From positions 1 to 64,000 of IMG/VR virus record IMGVR_UViG_3300019760_000006: DNA of 64,000 bases. One strand, 5' to 3'. Positions 10,804-19,830 of the stretch are shown here, piece after piece. A program made the translations under genes and the position numbers. The number at the start of each line of letters is the position of its first letter. The first letter of the stretch is position 1. Below the pieces are notes generated by a model. The model saw only the letters and a program-made list of their open reading frames with translations. It was not told the DNA's origin and ran no database searches. The DNA comes from a virus.

Positions 10804-11586
10804 ATGGCAAAGATAAAGAAACAGTTAAAACCTTGGCAAACCATGATAGTTGTCTTTACTTTTATATTCATTGGGTACAACTTAGTATCTGCCTGGACCA
10901 ACGAGTGGTTTGCTAATAAGGAGAGGACAAAACTGGAACAAGAGGTGGAAGAGAAGCAAAAAGAAATTGATGAATCTCAGTTTGAAATTGCAAAGAAGCA
11001 TAATGAAATTATCTCTCTAAAACAACAAGTTGAAAAATATCGCGGCTTGACAGAGGGTTATGGAGAATTATGCCTACTACGTAAACAACCTATCTATAAT
11101 AGAGTCATTGAGGTGTTTAATAAATATAAACTAATACCAGATAACGAGACAACAAAACAAGAGTTTTATGGTAAATTACTATTCTTCACTTGTGTAGTTG
11201 AGTCTAATGGTGGGAGACATTTAGATCAACTATCAGGTGGACCAGGAAGTGGTTATTATCAGATTGAACCCTCAACCCATGATGACATATATACACACTA
11301 TTTCCGATATAATAAACAATATGAGAAGATAACTCTTTCATCATTCGATAAAAATAAGAGTGAAAAAGCAAACCTTAGAGATAATTTTGAGTACCAGACC
11401 TGTATAGCATTCTATCAGTATCAACGATTGATTGATGCCAGTATGATTGGTTCTGATTATATAGAGGAGAGTGAGACACACACTATTGCTAAACTGTGGA
11501 AAACACATTGGAATACGAGACGAGGGAAGGGAGATATCAAGATATCTATAAAAAAATATAATGAATTTATAAATAATGTAAAATAG
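10804..11586 (+). CDS. Membrane-anchored coiled-coil protein with lysozyme-like domain
   Basis: N-terminal TM, coiled coil, then VESNGG..L.Q..GGPG.GYYQIEP.THDD...WK.HWNT..GKG. Confidence 0.7.
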   Translation: MAKIKKQLKPWQTMIVVFTFIFIGYNLVSAWTNEWFANKERTKLEQEVEEKQKEIDESQFEIAKKHNEIISLKQQVEKYRGLTEGYGELCLLRKQPIYNRVIEVFNKYKLIPDNETTKQEFYGKLLFFTCVVESNGGRHLDQLSGGPGSGYYQIEPSTHDDIYTHYFRYNKQYEKITLSSFDKNKSEKANLRDNFEYQTCIAFYQYQRLIDASMIGSDYIEESETHTIAKLWKTHWNTRRGKGDIKISIKKYNEFINNVK

Positions 11587-11589
11587 TTG

Positions 11590-11618
11590 TTGACAAGGTT
11601 AATTCGACTTGGTAAGGT
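11590..11618 (+). promoter_or_regulatory. Early sigma70-type promoter
   Basis: TTGACA-17 nt-TAAGGT with TG extension and A-rich UP element. Confidence 0.6.
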
Positions 11619-11676
11619 GTCTTTAAGTTAAGGGGGGGGGATGAAAAACAACCAACAAACAAAGAGAATAAATAAA

Positions 11677-12395
11677 ATGAAAACAACAATTACATTACAT
11701 GCGGATAGTAAAGAAGATAGAATTAAAGCTTTAGATTTTCTTGACAAGGAAGACATTACAGGGATGACATTTACATTTATCAGTAAGCGTGGTTTTGTTT
11801 GCTATTTTGATGATGGAAGGAGAGATACAAAAGAAGAAATTAGTTTTGAAATTGAGCAGCCTACTATCTACCATTGCCTTAATATCCAAGATGAAGATAC
11901 AAAGAAAATGTTGAACGAATTGATTAATAAAAAGCAACAGATTTATTTTAAAAATCACCCAAATATCCATTGGAAAAGGGGGATTTTAAAAAATGAAGAA
12001 GGAGGAGAGTAAATAAAATGAGTTATGAAAGTAGAATATATGTAGGTGTGGTTAGGAACGGAGATGATTATTTTAGTGAAATTGCAAAATTTCAGATTGG
12101 TAAAATAGATTATACAGGAGCTTTTCATAGACTTATTGGGATGTCAAAAGATGTAGATGATTTGTGTTTATATGCAGATGATGGGGATACTGAAATAACA
12201 ATAGACAAATATGGAGAGAAGTTAAAAGAACTACCTTTAGATGATGTTATAAAAGCTTTAGGAAAAGATAAAGAAAGATATAGACGAATCCCTCCTGTTA
12301 TTGAGTTTCTTAGAGTTATTAAAGTACAAAAAGAGTTTGGGGTGTGGGGGTATGAAGACGATGTTAATATAAAAGTGTTACATTTTGGTTATTAA
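11677..12395 (+). other. Two hypothetical genes (11677-12012, 12018-12395)
   Basis: ORFs preceded by the recurring AAATAAAATG start context. Confidence 0.7.
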
Positions 12396-12436
12396 TAAAT
12401 AACTGCCTAAAAACCTTATTTAAACTGTAGTAACAA

Positions 12437-12495
12437 ATAACAATAAAACACTTGATAACTCTTTATTATAGGAGTTGTTAGGTGTTTTGTTGTAT
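12437..12495 (+). terminator. Long hairpin / terminator
   Basis: ACAATAAAACACTTGATAACTCTT...AGGAGTTGTTAGGTGTTTTGTTGT stem with G-U pairs, directly after the gene block. Confidence 0.7.
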
Positions 12496-12859
12496 GTTGG
12501 TTTAAATAAAATTTAAATAAAAAAATCTTCTCAATATTAAACCATTATAAAAAGGCAAACAGTTATTGTGCGCGCTATGTATGTGTTTTCACAACTACAG
12601 GTTGTAGTTGATGAATAACAACATGTTTGTTTGCCTATATAATATAAACATTCATTATCCGAGCATATAAGTATTTGCGCACTATTATAGTTTGCTCGGA
12701 TAATATTATCTGACTTAGATAATATTATCTAAGAAAGCATTGATAAATAAAAGAAGATGAATATAAAATTTGGCCCCGACGAGGAGAGAACGTAGTGAAC
12801 GAGAATGAGGAGTGGGTTAGATCAATTTCATTATCTAAAAATTCAAACACTGTTTGAAA

Positions 12860-12875
12860 TGTTTCACGTGGAACA
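12860..12875. promoter_or_regulatory. parS: parS site (ParB-binding centromere sequence)
   Basis: TGTTTCACGTGGAACA; its reverse complement TGTTCCACGTGAAACA matches the canonical bacterial parS at 16/16; extra half-site CGTGGAACA at 12884-12892. Confidence 0.8.
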
Positions 12876-12942
12876 CGTGGGGACGTGGAACACGAATATA
12901 TGAACTATTGTTCATATTAAATTAATTTAAAATTTGTAAATG

Positions 12943-12978
12943 TTATTCACAATAACACTTGACAACAAATTATGCACA
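12943..12978 (+). promoter_or_regulatory. Two DnaA-box matches flanking a -35 hexamer
   Basis: TTATTCACA (12943-12951) and TTATGCACA (12970-12978) fit TTATNCACA; TTGACA at 12959-12964. Confidence 0.5.
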
Positions 12979-13414
12979 TGTTATTAATACACATAATCAA
13001 TTGAAACATTAACTACAATAAAGAAAGAAAAAGAAAAGGAGAATAAACAAATGGAAAAGAATGACCTTATTATCAAATACCAGTTGAAAATTGACCAGAT
13101 GGAGAGGAAAATTAAAGATACATATAAAACAGACATAGGGAGAGGTACTGCTTATTTCTTCATTAAAGAGTGGGAAGATTTTATTAAAGATTTGGAAAAG
13201 ATGGAGGATTAAGAAAACAAATGAGAACTTTTATATTAAGATCAATTCAAGTGATTTTAACACTAACGATAGGTATATCTGTAGCTTTACTGTTTAAACA
13301 TAAATTTGCAATCTTCCTGCCAGTTTTAGTTGGGAGTATTCTGTGGGTTATGTTAATCTTTGGTATAGATGAGTATATTTATTTTAACAGACAATAAGAG
13401 ATGGGAGTAAACAA

Positions 13415-14188
13415 ATGGAAATTAATTTAAATGATTATGAACTTATGAAAGGTTTGCATTGTTGTGGTTGTTATTTTTACCCTGAAGGAGGGGGGTTTTG
13501 TAAGGTAATGAACACCGGTAAGTGTAAAGCGAATGTTGATGAAGGTTATAGAAAGGTTGAGCATGACGGAGACAAACTACAGGTGTTACGTACTATCAAC
13601 TTAGGTGATCATCTTGGCTTGGTTGATGTTATTAAAGGTGGTGATTGCAAGGATTGCATGTTCGAGGCGGGCTATAGTTCGTGTGGGAGTAAAGCTATAG
13701 AGGTTATCTCTGGTTTTGATTGCGACGTAGATGATTGTTATTTCATCAAACATGTTGAACAGCCCATAGTAAGGTGGGTACAATGCACACCGGATAACAT
13801 TAAGGTAGGGGATGAGGTTATTAGCAAAATAAATCCTGACAATAAATATACAGTTTACTCTGTATTTGATAAAGGCAGACAAATGACCTTGCCCCTTGAA
13901 GTCGATGGGGAATATAGGAAGATTAGTAGACCAACAAGCATGTTCCTCAAGAAAGTGGTTGTTGATAGTGGGAATTTGCCACAACCTATAGTTGAACGCA
14001 AGATTGCATCATTTGCAGAGATGGAGGCAGGTGATAAAGGTGTGGTTATAAGCAGTAAATATCATAAACACTATATAGGGAGGCAAGTTATCAAACTACT
14101 TAATGGGTATGTAGTTGATGTTAACGTAGGCGCTTATTGGAGTAACGGCGATTCTATTGATACTATTGTGGTTGAAATAGTAAATTAA
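13415..14188 (+). CDS. Cys-rich multi-module hypothetical protein
   Basis: 257 aa; two CxxCxF...C modules followed by KOW/SH3-like segments (IKVGDEV, MEAGDKG). Confidence 0.7.
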   Translation: MEINLNDYELMKGLHCCGCYFYPEGGGFCKVMNTGKCKANVDEGYRKVEHDGDKLQVLRTINLGDHLGLVDVIKGGDCKDCMFEAGYSSCGSKAIEVISGFDCDVDDCYFIKHVEQPIVRWVQCTPDNIKVGDEVISKINPDNKYTVYSVFDKGRQMTLPLEVDGEYRKISRPTSMFLKKVVVDSGNLPQPIVERKIASFAEMEAGDKGVVISSKYHKHYIGRQVIKLLNGYVVDVNVGAYWSNGDSIDTIVVEIVN

Positions 14189-14213
14189 ATAATTAATAAA
14201 GGAGAAAATAACA

Positions 14214-14718
14214 ATGATTAAATCAATAGTGAATAGTAAGGTAGAACACAAAGAGAATCAATTTCCTAAGCTTATGCAGTGTATTGATACTCCATCATTA
14301 ATAGTTTATATGGTTAGTGAGGGGAAGGGTTATGTACTATCACCTGACAATGAAGACGATGAAGTATATCAAGATTGGGAGATCAACGATTATGAGGAAG
14401 AGTGGAGTATGTATAGATTTAAAGACTTCCATGGTAGTATCACTCTCGAACAAGATTAATTAATAGTGAAAAAGGAGTTACAAAATGAAAGCTTTAGGTT
14501 TTATTCTATGTGCATTCGGTGTATGTCTTGGATTGTATACAGGTGTATGGGTTTGTTTTATCGGTGGTATTGTTGACGTTATAGAGCAAGTTAGGGCAGA
14601 ACAGCTTGATTCGATGATCGTAGCTTGTGGAGTGGCTAAGGTTATGTTTAGTTCATTCGCTGGATGGCTGACAGCAATCGTACCATTTACATTAGGTGCT
14701 GCACTTATGCAGGATTAA
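14214..14718 (+). other. Two small genes (14214-14459; 14485-14718, two-TM membrane protein)
   Basis: AAGGAG RBSs; hydrophobic helices in the second ORF. Confidence 0.7.
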
Positions 14719-14801
14719 TTAACAACATTAAACTGAACGGATAGCATCTCAATACTCTGGGGTGTTATCCATTTTTATTTATGTTTTATTAATAAAATCA
14801 T

Positions 14802-14830
14802 TTGACATCTACAGAGAATAGGAGTAGTAT
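14802..14830 (+). promoter_or_regulatory. Sigma70-type promoter
   Basis: TTGACA-17 nt-TAGTAT, directly after a terminator hairpin near 14738-14780. Confidence 0.65.
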
Positions 14831-14876
14831 TTTCATATTGAGTTTGAGAAAAACAAATAATATAGGTGATCACAAA

Positions 14877-15135
14877 ATGCTTAAGTTCAAAACAAAAACA
14901 AAAAAAACTCACACTATCACATGTGACAGCAGCAGGTCTTGTAGGCGATACTCTCGTTACTGATCTTAAAGCAGGGGATACTTTTGAATACAATGACTAC
15001 AAAGGCGACGAACTTAAAATCAATGAAATTATCAAAGAAACGGCAAAGATGATAAAGTTCAGTGTAACTAATAACCAGAATAAAACATTCGGACTTCGAC
15101 TTAGAAAAACAACAACAATAAATTTAATTTTTTAA
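14877..15135 (+). pseudogene. Small gene apparently frameshifted in an A8 run
   Basis: AGGTGA RBS and ATG 14877 (MLKFKTKTKK) join the long 14866 frame only if the A8 at 14900-14907 loses one A. Confidence 0.45.
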
Positions 15136-15157
15136 AAGGAGAAAGGAATAAAACAAG

Positions 15158-15379
15158 ATGACTAACTTAATCATGAAAACCTTGAAAACTCTCTTCATAC
15201 TTCTCACAATCATTAGCATAGCTTCTATCCCGGTAGGTATCACATTTAACTTTAGTGCTGGTGTTATCCCTCTTGCACTTCTTGGTATGTTTCTATTCGG
15301 TTTTGCAGCTAACACCTGCTCCGAGATCGTTAGTGAACGGGAACTAAGAGAAGCGCTGGCAAGAGTAAAGAAGTTCTAA
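15158..15379 (+). CDS. Small two-TM membrane protein
   Basis: Two hydrophobic segments; RBS upstream. Confidence 0.7.
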   Translation: MTNLIMKTLKTLFILLTIISIASIPVGITFNFSAGVIPLALLGMFLFGFAANTCSEIVSERELREALARVKKF

Positions 15380-15420
15380 TAAAGACTGCTTGACTGAAGT
15401 CGCACATAATATCATCTAAC

Positions 15421-15465
15421 AAGCACCTACTGGTTATTAATTTAATTGGTAGGTGTTTTCTTTTA
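15421..15465 (+). terminator. Rho-independent terminator ending the early arm
   Basis: AAGCACCTACTGGTTA...TAATTGGTAGGTGTTT stem followed by TCTTTT. Confidence 0.8.
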
Positions 15466-15554
15466 TCTATTAGAATGAATGACATTCAATTATAAAATGA
15501 ATCACATTTATTATCACACAATTAATACAAAAATAAAACTAAAAAAGATTTTCA

Positions 15555-15583
15555 TTGACAAAAAATGTAGGATATTTTATAAT
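15555..15583 (+). promoter_or_regulatory. Consensus sigma70 promoter facing a non-coding region
   Basis: TTGACA-17 nt-TATAAT. Confidence 0.8.
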
Positions 15584-16078
15584 CAAACAGGGAGATATTT
15601 AGGGGGAGATGGTGCGGGTTAGACCGATCACTATGTTAAGTACCTATTAAATATTCTGCGAGGTTCTCTCTATTATACCTCACTTGATATTTGTAATCAC
15701 AAATACAACACACACATAAAGAAAATAGTGATAATAATATATTATTATAATTTTATAATAGTTTTATTTAAAAGAAGTTTTTTCTTTTACTTTCTTTTTA
15801 TTAAAAGAAACTCTTTTTAAAGATACTCTTACTTTTTAAAAGTAAGACAAACCTTGATATTTATATTATAGATAACCCATAAAAACACTTATATATCTAT
15901 GTATATATATATATAATTTTAATGTTTATTTACTATAGAAACATAAAAAGGTAACCTCGGAAACCCTTGTCAATAAAGGATCTCCAAGGTTGTGTTTTTA
16001 GTTTCTTAAAAACGCCTGTAAGTTTTGTAGATACTCTACAATTTTTTCATAGATTAAGAATCTATGAAAGCTAAACAA

Positions 16079-17332
16079 TTAATTGTTCACCCACCTCTCA
16101 AACATCTCCCTCATTCTATCACTAAAGAACATCACTTGTATCTTCTGACCTTTTCTAATTCTTGTTCTCCATATGCACTGAAGCATGACAGAAAGACTTC
16201 TCTCATCTTCTATTTCTTTTGTTTTTAACTCCCCCTTCTCTTTAAGATATTTGTCAATATTCACATTAGGATAGACATTCTGCATATAAATAATAACACT
16301 TTTGTTGCTATATTCATTTGTAGCTTTACTGTTAAATGGTATCCAACAATCTTTATAACCTCTCAGTTGCACATGTCTTCCCTTTTTTGTTATATCTTCT
16401 TGTGATGTAGAAATTTCTTTTGGACAAGCATATAATAGTTCTTCTTTTGTACACCTCCTCCTTTTCAAGTAATCACCAACATTATCTCTTATCTTTTTTA
16501 GTTCGCTTGGTTTCCGACTCACCCACCAGTTATTTGAGAAGTGTGTCCTCCTATTCTTTGATATTTTCTGTATCGCTTTTGGTGAATCAATAATCTCAAC
16601 TAAAGATGATATTTTCTTTTTGATCTTCTTAACTTCATCGTTGTTTTGTTTGTTTATAGTATATTTTATATTATTAAGATGGAAGTAAGCACATAAATCA
16701 CTACACTCAAACAAATATGTCAGGATAACATAGTTATCCACAATCTTAAAGAAATCAGCAGGTATTTGTATTATAAATATTGATTCATTATCTAAAGCAA
16801 AAGCATTACCACTAAGTATCTCCTTCTTAAACATTCTATACTCATTTGTACCAATCTCTTCATCATCCTCTGGCCCAACCCATCTAACTTGTTTTGTTAT
16901 AGGATCAATCTCAAGATATTCAAGCTTCTTTAGCTCTCTTTTTTGTTGTCTTGATATTTTGAGTGGCTTGAATGTTGTCACTTCTTCATCTATAATCACT
17001 TCATAGTTTTGTTTTTTAATCTCAGCTTTTATCTCTGGTGTGAATAGAGAGAATAGTGCATGTGTTGTTACAATACTCTTCCCCTCTGTCAATAGAGATA
17101 ACAATGCTTGTGTTTTTGATACATATTGTTTTTTGTTTTGGTCATAGTAATCCACTGGTTCACAAAAATGTTCACCAGGACAACCACCCATATACCTCTT
17201 TGCTTCTGTGAGGAGTGGAAGAATAACTAATAAAGGTGCGTCACAACGTTGTTGTGAAGTTCTCTCATTAATTCTCTCTATTTGGTTTGTAGTCTTCCGA
17301 CTCCCCATTATTTGATCAATTATTTGTATTAT
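16079..17332 (-). CDS. SF2 helicase-like / possible origin-binding protein
   Basis: IIDQIMGSRKTT (degenerate Walker A), TTHALF, VIIDEE (Walker B), KATNEY, QCIWRTRIR; frame is open upstream of ATG 17308 to ATA codons at 17329/17332 behind AAGGAG. Confidence 0.7.
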   Translation of the reverse strand: MIQIIDQIMGSRKTTNQIERINERTSQQRCDAPLLVILPLLTEAKRYMGGCPGEHFCEPVDYYDQNKKQYVSKTQALLSLLTEGKSIVTTHALFSLFTPEIKAEIKKQNYEVIIDEEVTTFKPLKISRQQKRELKKLEYLEIDPITKQVRWVGPEDDEEIGTNEYRMFKKEILSGNAFALDNESIFIIQIPADFFKIVDNYVILTYLFECSDLCAYFHLNNIKYTINKQNNDEVKKIKKKISSLVEIIDSPKAIQKISKNRRTHFSNNWWVSRKPSELKKIRDNVGDYLKRRRCTKEELLYACPKEISTSQEDITKKGRHVQLRGYKDCWIPFNSKATNEYSNKSVIIYMQNVYPNVNIDKYLKEKGELKTKEIEDERSLSVMLQCIWRTRIRKGQKIQVMFFSDRMREMFERWVNN

Positions 17333-17853
17333 TTGTGCTCATCTCCTTCTATTGTTATGATTTCATCAATATATGTTTCACCACTCATATCGGGCACATC
17401 ATAAATATCTTTAAAGTAATTGTGTACATTAATCCAAGTTTCTTCAGATTCACCCCTCATATTTTCTTTTGAAGATAACCTCCTATTCAAACCAACCTTA
17501 TTCTCATCTCTCCCAAAATCAATCACTTTCAATGTATAGCCTACTGGCAGGTTATTCCAAATTCTCCTCCTATGCCAATGTGCTAAAGATAGTGCAGCAG
17601 CATCTATAATTATGTTCTTTGAACATTCACAACATTCTTGAATAAACCCCTCCATCATTCTAATTACAACACTTTCTCTCCCTTCACTCCAAATATATTT
17701 TGTGTTGTTAGAGAGCATATAATACAACACATCATCTGAAAATACCATATAATCTTCTATGTGGATATTTGGTTTATTTAAATATTCACCAACCCAAGTT
17801 GTTTTCCCTGTGCCAATATTACCAACTAAAACAATACATTCTTTATTTATCAT
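17329..17853 (-). CDS. P-loop kinase (AAA_33 / polynucleotide-kinase-like)
   Basis: IVLVGNIGTGKTTW, SDD, IIIDA motifs. Confidence 0.75.
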   Translation of the reverse strand: MINKECIVLVGNIGTGKTTWVGEYLNKPNIHIEDYMVFSDDVLYYMLSNNTKYIWSEGRESVVIRMMEGFIQECCECSKNIIIDAAALSLAHWHRRRIWNNLPVGYTLKVIDFGRDENKVGLNRRLSSKENMRGESEETWINVHNYFKDIYDVPDMSGETYIDEIITIEGDEHK

Positions 17854-17929
17854 TTGTGTTCACCTCTCCCTACAAAATCTTCAAATGTTGTGTTATATTC
17901 AATCCATCTATTATTCATCTATAGTCTCC

Positions 17930-18517
17930 TTAATATATAACACCTCTGTTAACCCACTCTCTATACTCATCTCCATTTCTCATATAATAACATCTAACTG
18001 GCATCTTTACAACACACCTTTGGCACATAGGAGATTCAGGATCATCATATTCATTTGTTATTCTGATCTGTCCAACATCATAACATACTCTATATAAATC
18101 ATCTTCTGAATTTTCTTTTAACCACTCATCTCTATATAATATGTGATAACTCCTCTTCTCTAACACAAGGTTCAAAACCCGTGATAACAGCTGATAATAA
18201 AATAGAAGTGTTCCATCATTTGTTGAACTTCTTATAATCTCATAAGTAGTTTCTTTATTAGCTTCTGTTTTTTGTAATGAACTGTCATAATGTATGTACT
18301 CATCTATTTGTTTGTATATATCATCTAAGCCAGGTGTTTTAAAAACTTCTGCTACTTTGTCAATAGCTTCAGTAAATGTACACACCTCTTTACTTTGTAG
18401 AAACCACTTCCTCTTTTGTTTGCTATTATCTAAATCTCTTCCACACAAATCACAAGTTGTCTTAATAATTACTTTTTTAGTTGTAGCTGGTACATTAATT
18501 TCTTTGTAATGGTCCAT
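17930..18517 (-). CDS. Hypothetical protein
   Basis: 195-aa ORF with GGAG RBS; TCDLCG near N-terminus. Confidence 0.65.
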   Translation of the reverse strand: MDHYKEINVPATTKKVIIKTTCDLCGRDLDNSKQKRKWFLQSKEVCTFTEAIDKVAEVFKTPGLDDIYKQIDEYIHYDSSLQKTEANKETTYEIIRSSTNDGTLLFYYQLLSRVLNLVLEKRSYHILYRDEWLKENSEDDLYRVCYDVGQIRITNEYDDPESPMCQRCVVKMPVRCYYMRNGDEYREWVNRGVIY

Positions 18518-18543
18518 CTGTAGTTCTCCTTCACCCCTTCTTC

Positions 18544-18867
18544 TTACAATTCAGTAATTCTAACTCCACACCTACTTGCAATCTTTCTACATTTAGGACA
18601 AGGGAGTATTGGCAACCTCTTACCATGTTTATTACATCTATAAATAATAATATATTTTACACTCCTTTTATACATTCTTATCAATCTTTGTTCTGAATGA
18701 TCACCACCCATCTTCCTAACAATCTTCTGCCTATTGAATGTATATCCAAGTACTTCTTTCTTTTTGTTTAATGCAACAGCAGATACAAGATAAGTACATT
18801 GTGATTGTAAAGCTTTTTTTGTTAATGTTTTAATGAAACATCTTTTCAAATTGTATGATATTTTCAT
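18544..18867 (-). CDS. Zinc-dependent cytidine/dCMP deaminase-like protein
   Basis: HSE and PCPKC motifs (HxE...PCxxC). Confidence 0.75.
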   Translation of the reverse strand: MKISYNLKRCFIKTLTKKALQSQCTYLVSAVALNKKKEVLGYTFNRQKIVRKMGGDHSEQRLIRMYKRSVKYIIIYRCNKHGKRLPILPCPKCRKIASRCGVRITEL

Positions 18868-19061
18868 GATTAAATAGTATCAATATTTTTATATCTTTTT
18901 AAATCTTCAAGTAATTCAATAGTTAATTTCATAAACCTATTAATCTCATGTGGATTAATTCTATGATCTTTATTTAAACAATATTCATATCCATCGGAGA
19001 TGCTTTTCAATTGTAATAGTTTCTTATCAAAATTTGATTTATCAGTCATTACTTACCTCTC

Positions 19062-19691
19062 TTATAAAAGCCATTGTTTTGCCATCGCTTCAGCTATACC
19101 TGTGAAAAATCTACTTCTTTCTTTACCTCTGTTTTTACCTGATATTTTATGTATTCTGTTGTCCCTTCCATCAACAATATTTGTTGGTTGTAATTTTGGT
19201 AAATTGTTGAGCCACAACCCTGTTTTCTTCGTCTCACCATGACCAAACATCCAAGGCTGTATATATTGTGTTGGTTCAATTTTAATCCTCTCTTTTGCAT
19301 ACTTATGTTGCACAGGATTTTCAATACAAATCTTTTTATGTTTGAAATTATTTAAGAAGAAGTTAAAGAATTTACACCCCTTTTCCATATCATCCCACCT
19401 TTGTCTATCTATATTTGTCTTTACAATATTACTCTTACCACCTTCATATAACCACCTAACACCAGAATTGCAAAGATATGTACATGGCGGGTGTGCTATA
19501 ATTAAATCAAACATATCAAAATCTATCAACTCTGGTTGGAGAATATCTCCTTGTATATGCTCTCCATAAGAAGATTCACTTGGTAAAATATCACAGCTTA
19601 CAGCATAAATATTTTTGTTTTGACTCCTCCCCTCTCTTATAAAAGCATCCCTAACAACGCCGCTATACTCACAAGCAACTAAAACATTCAT
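19062..19691 (-). CDS. Short phage DNA cytosine methyltransferase-like protein
   Basis: VLVACEYSG, SCDI, AHPPCTYL (PC), IENPV, KKTGLW, RSRFF.GIA.AMA.QW. Confidence 0.8.
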   Translation of the reverse strand: MNVLVACEYSGVVRDAFIREGRSQNKNIYAVSCDILPSESSYGEHIQGDILQPELIDFDMFDLIIAHPPCTYLCNSGVRWLYEGGKSNIVKTNIDRQRWDDMEKGCKFFNFFLNNFKHKKICIENPVQHKYAKERIKIEPTQYIQPWMFGHGETKKTGLWLNNLPKLQPTNIVDGRDNRIHKISGKNRGKERSRFFTGIAEAMAKQWLL

Positions 19692-19830
19692 ATGAGCCTC
19701 CTCATTAAATCAACTATATCTGTCTACTACTCTTCCTATATGACATTATTTCATCAATTACATTTATTATTCATTTAAACTTTCCTTACCCCTCTTTCTT
19801 TCTTTATTAATTTATATAATAGTTTCATAA

